Under the pieces are notes generated by a model, which ran no database searches, was not told where the DNA came from, and was given only the letters and a program-made list of their open reading frames with translations. From Octopus sinensis (Eukaryota): 64,000 nucleotides of DNA. Below are positions 1 through 11,495 of the stretch, piece after piece. Every line of letters begins with the position of its first letter. The first letter of the stretch is position 1. Position numbers and translations under genes: made by a program. The DNA is taken from positions 21,762,001 to 21,826,000 of the forward strand of contig NC_042998.1 of NCBI RefSeq assembly GCF_006345805.1, in the 5' to 3' direction.

Positions 1-1225
1 GTTGAGCAGGGACTCCACCTGTGCTTGCTTGCAATGAGTCATTCTTGAAAGTATGAGACCTTCGGGCCATTTGACATTGGGGAGTTGAAATCACCCATAA
101 GAAATATGGCCACGTGGTGTTCCAGTTTCATGAGGATTTCTTTAATTCTTGTGAAGCAGTCTTCAAACTTGCTTATGTGGTTTGGAGCATCCGGTGGGCA
201 ATATGTATTGCATATGACTATATTATGTTGTCTTATGTATACAATTAGAGTGTCACATACTGAATTTGAGTATGACCGTAAGACCTGGTGTGCGAGGTCA
301 TCACGGATGTATACAGCAACTCCACCATGGCTCCTTTCCCTTTTGTTTGTTCGCAGTATGCCATATTTTGGTACGTGCGCTTCTGCATCCTCTATATCAG
401 GGCTGAGGTGAGTTTCTACGACTGCTATGCATAGGGTTTGATTGGATGCAGCAAGATCTCTCACGAAAGAAATTTTGCTTTTATTATGATGCAACAGGAC
501 CCCAATATTTAGTAAAAAAAATATTGGCGTGACGACTGTGCAGGCATTAGGAGAGGCCATCCCGTGTCTGTTGACTGTGGTGGTCTTGCGCAGTGGTGGG
601 CAAGGTTCCTTGTTTGTGTTTGGTGTAGCCGGGTCAGCTGCTGTACAATCCTTTGCGCCCAGCACAAAAAAGACTCTTGCTCAGCTGCTGTACTGCACAT
701 AACCTCTGAAGAGCGCACGTCTTACGTAAATTTTTTCCTTGGAGAAATCTGCTGTCTTTCCTCAGGGACGTTTTTCTCCTTAAGATTCCTGTAGTTTTGG
801 CGGGGTGTCGGTTGGGCAAATCGGCAGTTTTTGCCGTTTTCCCCATGCCAACATTTGCTCTGCAGGTAAAATCTGCAGGTTCTTGAGTGCCTTCCAAATT
901 TCCTCTTTCCTGTAGAATTTTTGGATGGCATTGGATCCTCCATGGGGTTTTCTGGGGTTTTTTTGTTTGGTGGGTTGGGGCTTCAGTTTTGGTTGTTTCA
1001 TTTTTGCCTTTTCCTTTTTCTTCCTTTCCTTCTTTATGTTTGTGTTTGTGTTCCGTCCTTCATTTTCTTGTGGTGGGAACTTTTTTCCTCTGGTTGTCCA
1101 ATGGGGTGAGGGCTCCGTTCCTTTGTAGGACCACTGGCACAGAGGGGCTTCTTGTTGCTGCTCCCTTGGCTCCCCTATCCTTTTCCGCCTGGTCGTTCAC
1201 AGAGGTGATTAAAGTTCATTCTTAA
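1..1225 (-). mobile_element. L2/CR1-group LINE, 5' part: frameshifted ORF1 with CCCH-type Zn finger followed by ORF2 AP-endonuclease; runs off the window start
   Basis: ORF 39-665(-) has APE motifs (CIAVVETHL, GGVAVYIR, ICNTYCPP, LMGDFN). Upstream fragments read CRFYLQSKCWHGENGKNCRFA in shifted frames. Confidence 0.85.
39..665 (-). pseudogene. LINE ORF2 apurinic-like endonuclease domain (degenerate)
   Basis: Translation contains VVETHL...GGVAVY...NTYCPP...MGDFN; it stops at 39 and ORF1 is frameshifted. Confidence 0.85.
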
Positions 1226-1469
1226 TATTAAAAAAAAGACTTTTATTTCACACACACACACAAAAAAAAAAAAACGAAATTACTTTCTTGCCAACCCAAT
1301 AGAATCGAAATAATAAAGAAGATTTTTTTTCCAATTCAACTCCAGATATTTTTTCAACTAAGTCATTTACACAAAGCTTGAATTTTCTGTAAATAAATCA
1401 TTCATGATGATTTTCTCAAAAGGAGATGTAAATGTTAAATAAATCATTATCTACAATTTTGATTACCAT

Positions 1470-1580
1470 TTTTCTTGATTTTATATATATATATGTATAT
1501 GTATGTATATATATACATACAAACTCACATTCATATATTCATATATATGCATGTATATATGTGTGTGCATATGTATGTAT

Positions 1581-1611
<31 letters not shown>

Positions 1612-1760
1612 TTGTACATGTTTGAGCATCTATGTATGTATGTATTTATGTATGTATGTATGTATGTATGTATGTATGTATATATATATATATATATATT
1701 TGTACATGTTTGAGCATCTATGTTGTATGTATGTATGTATGTATGTATGTATGTACATAA
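1470..1760. repeat. (TA)n/(TATG)n compound microsatellite
   Basis: Read directly; includes an internal duplicated block tttgtacatgtttgagcatctatg. Confidence 0.95.
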
Positions 1761-2212
1761 TAAACTTGTTAATATATTTTGGGTTACTCAGAGTTTATAT
1801 TACCTAGCTTCTTGCCAATTATCAATTGATCTGGCCCAGAAATCATTAAAGATTTAGTTTATATTTTTTTTATATTTACTTATATTTACTTTAATATATA
1901 ATTATATTTTCCCCAATAAATGTAATTACATTTTCCCCATATATTTAATAATATTTTCTTCCTTCAGACTCACTCCCCCGCTGCTTACCCATTTCTTTAA
2001 AGAATAATCTAACAATGATTGCATCTATTTCACCGAAGACTTCGACTATAAAAGCGTCCGTCGTCGTCTCTCCTCCACCATCAACCCTAGAAAAAATTAC
2101 CTTTGTATTTACTCAAAAGAAATGATTATTACAATTGCTTATTGGTTAACTTGTGATACAGCTAAATTGATATAGCATCTGATTAAATGTCGGCCAATAT
2201 TTTAATTCATTC

Positions 2213-3090
2213 AAAGGCGGGAAGCTAGAAGAATCGTTAGCATGATGGACAAACTGTTTAGCTGTATTTCGTCCGTCTTTGCATTCTGCGTTCAAATTGC
2301 CGGAGGTGACTAAACCTTTCATCCATTCGTGGCCGATAAATTAAGTACCAGTTACGCACTGGAGTCGATGTAATCGACTCAATCCGTTTGTCTGTCCTTG
2401 TTTGTCCTCTCTGTGTTTAGCCCCTTGTGGGTAGTAAAGAAATAGGTATTTCGTCTGCCGTTACGTTCTGAGTTCAAATTGCGCCGAAGTCGACTTTGCC
2501 TTTCATCCTTTCGTGGCCGATAAATTAAGTACCAGTTACGCACTGGGGTCGATATAATCGACTTAATCCGTTTGTCTGTCCTTGTTTGTCCTCCCTGTGT
2601 TTAGCTCCTTGAGGGTAGTAAAGAAATGGGTATTTCGTCTCCCGTTACGTTCTGAGTTCAAATTCTGCCGAGGTCGACTTTGCCTTTCATCCATTCGTGG
2701 CCGATAAATTAAGTACCAGTTACGCACTGGGGTCGATGTAATCGACTTAATCCGTTTGTCTGTCCTTGTTTGTCCTCTCTGTGTTTAGCCCCTTGTGGGT
2801 AGTAAAAAAATAGGTATTTCGTCTGCCGTTACGTTCTGAGTTCAAATTCCGCCGAAGTCGACTTTGCCTTTCATCCATTCGTGGCCGATAAAATAAGTAC
2901 CAGTTACGCACTGGGGTCGATGTAATCGACTTAATCCGTTTGTCTGTCCTTGTTTGTCCTCTCTGTGTTTAGCCCCTTGTGGGTAGTGAAGAATAGATAA
3001 AATAAGTGCCAGAGTTGACCACTGAGATCGATATAATCGATTTACCTCTTTCCCCGTAGTTGCTGGCCTTGTATCAAAAATTTGAAGCCA
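2213..3090 (+). mobile_element. tRNA-derived SINE family B (Nin/Deu-like central domain) containing a 4 x 184-bp tandem array
   Basis: Head aaggcgggaagctagaagaatcgttagc; core ctttcatcc(a/t)ttcgtggccgataaa..aagtaccag; ggtatttcgtc recurs at 2445, 2629 and 2813. Confidence 0.85.
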
Positions 3091-3189
3091 ATATAAGCAA
3101 TCGGAACCGAAAAACGGTTTCGCTTGTCAGTGAACAGTTAATCCAACTTCGTTAACACCGCTAAGGCTTTTCTCGAATCGCTTATTTTA

Positions 3190-3440
3190 AATTCCCTAAT
3201 CTATGAATATTGGTTGAGTCGATTTGCAACCTTCGTCCGTCGTCACATGAGAATCTTCCTTTCCCTTAGAATCTTGTTCCTATTTGTTTTGGCCTTGTGC
3301 TCTGGGACATATTTCTGGCATATGGCTTGCACAGAAGACATGAAACATTCTAGTTTCATGTCAATGTCTGGTGTTGAGAAACATTTAGGTCATTCCTCTC
3401 TGAGGATCTCTTTTTGGGTCGATTTCCAATCTACTATTTC
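3190..3440 (-). pseudogene. L2/CR1 ORF2 tether-region fragment
   Basis: Minus translation EIVDWKSTQKEILREE*PKCFSTPDIDMKLECFMSSVQAICQKYVPEHKAKTNRNK resembles the post-endonuclease DW...F...VP segment. Confidence 0.55.
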
Positions 3441-3610
3441 TTCACTACCCACAAGGGGCTAAACACAGAGAGGACAAACAAGGACAAGGGGATTAAGTCG
3501 ATTATATCGACCCCAGTGCGTAACTGGCACTTATTTTATCGGCACGAAAGGATGAAAGGGATGAAAGGCAAAGTCGACCTCGGCGGAATTTGAACTCAGA
3601 ACGTAACATT
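3440..3610 (-). mobile_element. SINE family B, 5'-truncated
   Basis: Reverse complement of the 184-bp unit (ctacccacaaggggctaaacacagag...gaactcagaacgtaac). Confidence 0.85.
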
Positions 3611-3614
3611 CACA

Positions 3615-4033
3615 GGCGCGGAAGTGGCTGTGTGCATAGGCTCAGGCGTGGCCGTGTGGTAAGAAGCTTGCTTCCCAACCACAGCGTTCTTGGTTCAGTC
3701 TTCTACTACACCTTGGCACTCTTCTACTACAGCCTCGGGCTGACCAAAGCCTTGTGAGTAAATTTGATGGACAGAGACTAAAAGAAGCCCGTCGTATATA
3801 TACGTGTGTATATATCTGTGTGTATATATCTTTGTGTCTATGCTTGTCCCCCTCCCCATCTTGACAACTGATGTTGGTGTGTTTACGTCCCATTAACTTA
3901 GCGGTTCCGCAAAAGAGACTTTAAAGGCTTTAAAAAAATAAGTCCTGAGGTTGATTTGTTCGACTTAGAGCCTTTAAGGCGGTGTTCCATCATGGCCGAA
4001 GCCAAATAACTAGAACAAGTAAAAGATAAAAGA
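3615..4033 (+). mobile_element. SINE family A (tRNA-derived head, CORE-like start, internal microsatellite, (AAAGAGT)-type tail)
   Basis: Head ggcgtggccgtgtggtaag, A/B boxes, ggcaccttggc, gaagcccgtcgtata, tail aacaagtaaaagata. Confidence 0.9.
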
Positions 4034-4257
4034 TAAAACCCATATTTCCCCGAGGACGTCTAAAATCGAAAGTTGTTCCGAGTCATCTCTTTATTTACCA
4101 ATGACCAAGTTTTGTTTCCCTGCTGTGAAACGTTATTTCTGTTTTTAACCAAGTTGAATTTTGGAGTTGTCTCCCTTATCTATGATAGGAATTATCATTA
4201 TCGCTATCTTTTTTTTTATTTTCTGTTGTTGTTGTTGTTCATTTATAGGATTAAATT

Positions 4258-4500
4258 TTAAGGCGATGGATTAGTAGAATCGCTAGAGGACTAGACAAAT
4301 TACCATGCAAACGGCGAGTTAGTAAAATTGTTAGAATACTGGACAAAATGCCATGCGACATTTAGCTACGATACTTTATATTCTGAGTTCAATTCTTGCT
4401 GAAGTCAACTTTCATTTTGTATCCTTCTGGAACCAATAAAATATAGTGACAGGACAAGTACTGGAGTCGATAAATTCAACTATATCTCTCTCTCTGATTT
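4258..4500 (+). mobile_element. SINE family B, degenerate
   Basis: aaggcgatggattagtagaatcg...ttctgagttcaattcttgctgaagtcaactttc...gtactggagtcgat. Confidence 0.6.
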
Positions 4501-4509
4501 GAAATCTTA

Positions 4510-4875
4510 TACTCTCTTACTCTCTTACTTGTTTTAGTCATGTGATTGTGGCCATGCTGGAGCACCGCCTTTAGTCGAGCAAATCGACCCCAGGGCTTAT
4601 TCTTTGTAAGCCTGGTACTTATTCTATCGGCCGCTTAGCGATGTTGGACAAACACAGACACACAAACATATACACACACGCACACACACATATACATATA
4701 TATACATATATACGACGGGCTTCTTTCAGTTTCCATCTACCAAATCCACTCACAAGGCTTTGGTCGGCCCGAGGCTATAGTAGAAGACACTTGCCCAAGG
4801 TGCCACGCAGTGGGACTGAACCCGGAACCGTGTGGTTCGTAAGGTAGCTACTTACCACACAGCAACTCCTACGCC
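4510..4875 (-). mobile_element. SINE family A (internally deleted)
   Basis: Matches the family consensus on the minus strand. Confidence 0.9.
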
Positions 4876-4899
4876 TATGTCTGTGCTAAAAAAAAATCA

Positions 4900-5120
4900 C
4901 TGGCTTAGTGGTTTGGGGTGTTGGACTCGTGGACGTAAGATTGTGGTTTCGATTCTTGGACCGGACGACACGTTGTGCTCTTGAACAAAACGCTTCATTT
5001 CGTGTTGTTCCAGTTCACTCAGCTAGCAAAAATGAGTAACCCGGCGACGGACCACCTTCATTTCCAGGTAGAGAGCCTATACGCCGGAGAAACGGCCCTG
5101 CGGGTCTACATTCCTCGGGA
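4900..5120 (+). mobile_element. tRNA-derived SINE family C (Meta/V-like central domain)
   Basis: A-box tggcttagtgg, B-box ggtttcgattc, gtgctcttgaacaaaacgcttcatttc...ccagttcactcagctagcaaaaatgagta. Confidence 0.7.
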
Positions 5121-5332
5121 GTGAACTTCACTTTCTCTTCTTTTTTTTTTTCACTTTCACAACATTAAAAAAGTACTTTAATTCTATCTACCAAATACTT
5201 CAGTTCACCGAAGGGATGGAAGTAAAGTGGGGTACTGTGACCCCTTGACTGAAACAGCTGTAACAAATTATTCTACTTTCTATGTTCTATGTTATATATT
5301 TTAATAATTACTGGTATTTTTATATATGTAAA

Positions 5333-5729
5333 CTAGCAGTATCACCCGGTGTTGCTCGGGTTTGTAAGGGAAATAACTATATAAGCATTTTTAGAGAGTT
5401 ATAGCCAAATAATAGCCAAAAAATGCTTTAAAAATTGAAAAAAAATTATGGTAAATTTTTTTTTAAATCGTTGACACATCGTAGACATTTTTAGAGAGTT
5501 ACTTCCCTTATATAATAGCGAAAAAATGCATTAAAATGGAAAAAAATGATGGTAATTTTTTTTTAAATCGTAGACTCATCGTAGACGCGCGCTAATACCC
5601 AGAAGGGCTCGATGTGAATTACGACTATAAGATACCCGGTTTTGGTTAAACTGCACCGCAAAATGTGGGAGTAGTTAGGAATCTAAATCGTAGGAGACAG
5701 ACACACAACTTCACTTTTATATATAAAGA
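5333..5729 (-). mobile_element. Non-autonomous Helitron
   Basis: Minus strand: host A | TCTTTATATATAAAAG ... hairpin CCCGAGCAACACCGGG (5345-5360), 8 nt, CTAG | host T; no TSD. Confidence 0.85.
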
Positions 5730-5904
5730 TATTCTAATGGCTTTTCAGACTGAGCAAGGCAGCACCCATGTTCTTTTGTGGGGCTTTTGAGATTGGTGGG
5801 AAGCTGGGAAAAAGAAAAGAATTAAAAACGCGATTGTTAGTTCGGCCATTATGAAGACTGCATCTTTATTTCGATCTCGTTATTATCTTTCCTCCAAATT
5901 TATT

Positions 5905-6099
5905 TTTTCATCTTTTACTTGTTTCAGTCACTTGACTGCAGCCATGCTGGAGCATCACCTTGAAGAACGAATCGACCCCAGTACTTATTTTATGATCTCT
6001 TTTTGCCGAACAGCTAAGTTAAAGAGATGTAAACACACCAACATCGGTTGTGAAGTGGTGGTAGGGGACAAACACAAGCACAAAGACACACACACATAT

Positions 6100-6141
<42 letters not shown>

Positions 6142-6304
6142 ATATATATATATATATACATACAGACATATCTATATACATATGTGTTTGTACATATATG
6201 CATGTATGTATATATATATATATTATATATATATATATTATATATATATATATACATACAGACATATCTATATACATATGTGTTTGTACATATATGCATG
6301 TATG

Positions 6305-6343
<39 letters not shown>

Positions 6344-6500
6344 ATATATAGAACGAGCTTCTTCTCTGCTAAATCCACTCAGAAGGCTTTGGTCAGCCCG
6401 AGGCTTTAGTAGATGGCACTTAACCAAGGCTTCGGGTTCAGTGGGACTGAACCCGAAGCCGTGTGGATAATGGAAATCAAGCTCCTTATCATACGGCCAC
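5905..6500 (-). mobile_element. SINE family A with expanded internal microsatellite
   Basis: Consensus tail and head halves flank (TA/CA)n. Confidence 0.85.
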
Positions 6501-8809
6501 GATCTCTTGTATAGCTCTTGTATAGAATACTACTGTGACATTTGGACTGGTTTCCCCCTTCTGGTATTCTTCTCCTCTTTAATCGAGTTAAAAAAGCTAG
6601 ATTCTAAAATAGCTGATTCTATTTTAGAAGTTAAACTTCAACGTCTCTCTCATTACTAGAACATTACTTCCTTATCTCTATTCTATAAATACATCCAGGG
6701 TCATTGCTCTGCCGAACTTTCCTTCCGTGCACCTTTTAATGTTACTAAACCACTGACCCGTTTTTTTCTGTTGATTCCCGTTCATTTACTCTTGTTGTCT
6801 CCTCTCCTAAGAAGTGTTTCCCCTCCAGTAGTTTCTCTCCTTGAACATCTGTTTTAAGGAATTCTGTTCCTTCTTTTTCCTGTATAAATATTATCTGAAT
6901 ATTTTTAAATCTTGTGTTGGTCGTTTTATGATTCTTAAAGTATTTTTTCATTAGTTTGTTTTTCTTTACTTTTTTTAATTTTTTATCACTCAACATACTA
7001 AGTAGTAGCCTGTGGCTTGTTTTGTTTCTGATTACCTACCTCCCTTTTGGCAGTTTAGAAGAGTAGGTTGTACTCCACCTAATGTGACTCTACTCAGAAG
7101 GCTGTAATATCATTTGACAGGAAACCCGGTATAAAGAATACATAAAACAAGTCTGTGACTTTAAGTACCTTTAATGTGGGCCTCACCTTCGAAACGTGGA
7201 GTAGATGAAACAAAAGCGACTGAAGAAGAGGAATTTTCCTTTGTTTTGTATGTCCTGTACTCTATTTTTTCGTTGTTTAAGAAAAATGTCCATTTCCTTG
7301 GTTTTGTGTTTATGTTTTCGTTTCTCATTGTGTTCGACGTTTTTTTGGTGTCCTGTACCCATATATGCATGTATATATACATGTAGAGGTAGGTACTTAT
7401 ATATATATGTATGTATATATGCATATGTTTTATTTATTAATTTATTATATATATATATATATATACACGGAATGATAAATGGAAATGGCTTGATGCGTGG
7501 AGGCCATGGTCTTCTTCTGTGCGTTAGTTCCTAGCTGCTACTGGCGTGTGGTGTGTGAGAGAGAGCCAGTTAGATTACGTCTTCGTAGTTTCGCGTCCCG
7601 CTACAGAAAGAGGAAGAGATGCGTCTCTGAACCTTAATGTTGTATATGCCCTCTATTGTCCAACTATTTAAGGCAGTCGGTGTCAGGGGAAGTAACTGCA
7701 CCGACAGCAGTGACTGATTAAAGGGGAAAGGAAAACAGCACACTCAACGATATTGAGCTTATCTTCAGAGCTGAAACCTGGTCCTCTAACTACATGTAAC
7801 ACAGTGGACGATGGTACTTAAGTGCCGGCCAGTGTTAACAATGATTGAAAGACTATAAAGGAGCAAAGGTATACTAGCCATGACCTTTGAACAGGGACGT
7901 AGCTGAGGGATAGGCATGGAGGCAGCCCACCCTGTGTTACGCTTTTCAGAAAGCGGCTCTTTTGGATCTACTGTATAAGCCTGTATAGAAAGCATATGCC
8001 TGGGACGGCAAACTCAAGGGCTGCCTTGGGCAGAACACACTCGAGCGAGACCACTGCCTTTCAGCCTTCATTTTTGCGGCGTAGTACACCCTAGACTACA
8101 TCATCTAACATGTCCCTTTTTAAGGTGGTAGGGTTCCTTTTGAGTTAGAGTTGGTTGCTTTTCTTTCATTTCGAACAAACACATCAAGGCTCCTTTGTTG
8201 GCCCATGCAACAGAATACATTCCGTTGTAAAGTCACTGGCGGGGGCAGATATTGGTGTAGTGGTGTCAAACAGGGCGACGCATTAGTTGTACCATTAAAA
8301 ACAAGACAACTTCCTATTCACGCTTCTAAACTACAGTATTTACGCGTCGATTCGAAACTAAATCATTATAGCTTATTTTCTTTATATAGATATTAAAAAA
8401 GATAAAAACGAAGGGCAAGAGCAAAAGATCAATACGTAAATTGGCGCCACGCTTGAGTCTAAAAATCAAACACGAATAAAACCAAAAACCCAGAAATCGT
8501 AGAGAAAAAGTTATTTGTTTCACAAGGAAATGACAAACTGAATGAATCAGTCTATAGAGCATGAATTTTTATCGGAAGGCAAGGCTAAAAATGACTTTGG
8601 ATGCTGCTAGAATTAGCATCTGCAACAACAGTTCAGTTTCTTTTCCTTTTTTATTTTTTTTTTCATTTTTAGTTTCACTTTCATTTGTTTTGGGTTTTTT
8701 TTTTTAATTTATGATTTTGTTCTTTAAATTTTAAAATACTATACTCGAAAGAATTTGCCCTTTTTTTTTGTCTCCATTGTTGTAGGTGTGGTGGTGGTGG
8801 GGCAGGACG

Positions 8810-9077
8810 TGCGTATGTGAGTGTGTATGAGTGTGTATTTAAGTGTGTGTATGTGTACACACGTACATATGCATACATATTTATATACATACACATACGT
8901 ATGTATATGTACATATATATATAAATAATACACATAAATGTATAATACATATATATATATATATACTTATATCATTTTGTGTATATAAATGTATGTGTGT
9001 GTACACATTTACATGTATATGTGCATGTGTTTTGGTGTATGTGTGACGTGTATATATATACATACATACATACATAC

Positions 9078-9108
<31 letters not shown>

Positions 9109-9425
9109 ATACATATATGTATATAATTATAAATATATACATATGTATATGTATACATACATATACATGTATGTATATAAATATATATATATATATTTAC
9201 ACACACATATACAGATATAATTATATTTATGTATATGGGTGCATATATATATATGTATGTATATATATATATATATATTTACACACACACATATATACAT
9301 ATATAATTATATTTATGTATATGGGTACATATATATATATATATATATGTACAAGTATGCATATACATAAGTATATATATGTATATGTGTGCGCAAGAAC
9401 ACACACACACATACCAACACACACA
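8810..9425. repeat. TA-rich compound microsatellite
   Basis: Read directly. Confidence 0.95.
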
Positions 9426-9759
9426 CTTGCAGAGAGTTTTAGTATCGTTTTCCTGGTCACTATGACAAAGATATTGATTATTTTAGGGTGAAAATTTGTT
9501 AAATTGAAAAATTCTGGTAATTACACGCTTTATGTGTCTATCGTTTCAAGAGTACCCTCGAAAAGGAGAGAAAGGCTCTCATCAATTCGCTGTTTCACTG
9601 GTTGGCGATCAATGTAAGAAGAATAAGGAGATCAAGTCGCTATTTATAGCAGACACGGCACATCCGCTATGTGGTTACGTAAACAGAAATAGCAGTCAAA
9701 TGTACCCTCATCGAACTATGCACAACTAGTTAAAAAAAAAAAAGAGAGAGACCGGACAA

Positions 9760-9900
9760 AAATAATTCTATCTACTGGAAGCACAAGGCTTCAAATTTTG
9801 AGGAAGGTATTAAGTCGATTACATAGACCCCGGTGCGTAACTGGTACTTATTTAATCGACCCCGAAAGGATGAAAGGCAAAGCCGACCTCGACGGAAAGA
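9760..9900 (-). mobile_element. SINE family B fragment
   Basis: actggtacttatttaatcgaccccgaaaggatgaaaggcaaagccgacc. Confidence 0.8.
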
Positions 9901-9951
9901 CTAAAATAATAAAAACTAGAACATATTACTCCACCTGGTTTCTTCCTCTCC

Positions 9952-10007
<56 letters not shown>

Positions 10008-10011
10008 ATAT

Positions 10012-10042
<31 letters not shown>

Positions 10043-10050
10043 CATATATA

Positions 10051-10862
10051 TAATTCCAAGAGAGTCAGAGGTTGTGAATCCAACCAACTAAGGGATAATA
10101 TCTATCCAATATAGTGCTGGGTAGAATACCCAATTATTAATACACAAGTTTTTTTTTTATTGCGTGGCAATTACACGACTGAATGTAATAAATGGATGAG
10201 GGTAAAAAGCTGTTTTACCCTTAATTTATACGGCAATAAGAAAATGGAGGGGATCAAGAGGTGGTATTCATCAACTTTTAGACATTATATTATGTACCCA
10301 AGTACTTTAATTCTATCTACCGAATACTTCAGTTCCCTGAAGGGATGGAAGTAAAGTGGGGTACTGTGACCACCTGGCCGAAACAGCTGTAACAAATTAT
10401 TCTACTTTCTATGTCCTATACTCTTTACTCTTTTACTTGTTCCAGTCATTTGACTGCGGCCATGCTGGAGCACCGCCTTTAATCGAGCAACTCGACCCCG
10501 GGACTTTGTAAGCCCAGTACTTATTCTATCGGTCTCTTTTGCCGAACCGCTAAGTGACGGGAAGATAAACACACCAGCATCGGTTGTCAAGCAATGCTAG
10601 GGGGACAAACACAAACATACACGCACACACACATATACATATATATACATATATACGACGGGCTTCTTTCAGTTTCCGTCTACCAAATCCACTCACAAGG
10701 CTTTGGTCGGCCCGAGGCTATAGTAGAAGACACTTGCCCAAGGTTCCACGCAGTGGGACTGAACCCGGAACCATGTGGCTGGTAAACAAGCTACTTACCA
10801 CACAGCCACTCCTGCGCCTATGTTATATATTTTAATAATTACTGGTATTTTTATATATGTAA
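10051..10862. repeat. Unclassified (TA)n-anchored interspersed repeat, interrupted by a SINE A; other copies at 5175-5332, 10915-10980 (inverted), 13382-13557 and 56279-56520
   Basis: Shared sequence taattccaagagagtcagaggttgtgaat.caaccaactaagggataat...atgagggtaaaaagctgttttaccc. Confidence 0.75.
10419..10818 (-). mobile_element. SINE family A, full length, near consensus
   Basis: Complete head (ggcgcaggagtggctgtgtgg) and tail; an empty-site homologue exists at ~5280-5295. Confidence 0.95.
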
Positions 10863-10978
10863 AGCATAATCTGTTATACATGTATGTATATTATTATAAT
10901 TGTTTTTTAAATCGACGTAATATAATGTCTAAAAGTTGATGAATACCACCTATTGATCCCCTCCATTTTCTTATTGCC

Positions 10979-11024
<46 letters not shown>

Positions 11025-11089
11025 TTCCCTGGATTCGTTGATGCCTTATTTGTATAATATGATGTATTTTCTTCTCTTACTACTTTCAA

Positions 11090-11458
11090 TCATTAGACTT
11101 CGGCCATGCTGGGGCACCACCTTGAAGAATTTTAGTCGAGCGAATCGACTCCAGTAATTATTCTTTTAAAGCTTGGTACTTATTCTATCTTCGCATGAGC
11201 CGAGCCGCTAAGTTACGGAAACGTAAACACACCAACACCGATCGTCAAGTAATGGTGAGGAACAGATACAGACACAACAGACAGACATATATACGACAGG
11301 CTCCTTTCAGTTTCCATCTACCAGATCCACTCTCAAGGCTTTGGGCAGCCCGAGGCTATAGTAGAAGACACTTTCCCCCAGGGTGTCACGCACTGGGACT
11401 GAACCCGGAACAATGTGGTTGGGACGCAAGCTTCTTACCACACAGCTACGCTCGCGCC
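11090..11458 (-). mobile_element. SINE family A (3'-incomplete)
   Basis: Matches the family consensus. Confidence 0.85.
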
Positions 11459-11495
11459 CATTATTGAAAAATCCTTTATTTGAATATATGTATAT

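Noticed and set aside
2318-2996. Regularly spaced repeats that could be mistaken for a CRISPR array
   Set aside because: The whole 184-bp units repeat with no unique spacers, they derive from a SINE, and no cas genes are present.
6500-6996. Possible L1/Tx1 endonuclease remnant (IQIIFIQE...GRAMTLDV) on the minus strand
   Set aside because: Only vague motif resemblance, with several stops; not supportable without an HMM search.
10335-10400. CTGAAGG...GGCC-GAAAC-AGCT-GTA as a hammerhead
   Set aside because: The stem III half looks right, but A9 is missing and I could not form stem I or a clean stem II.
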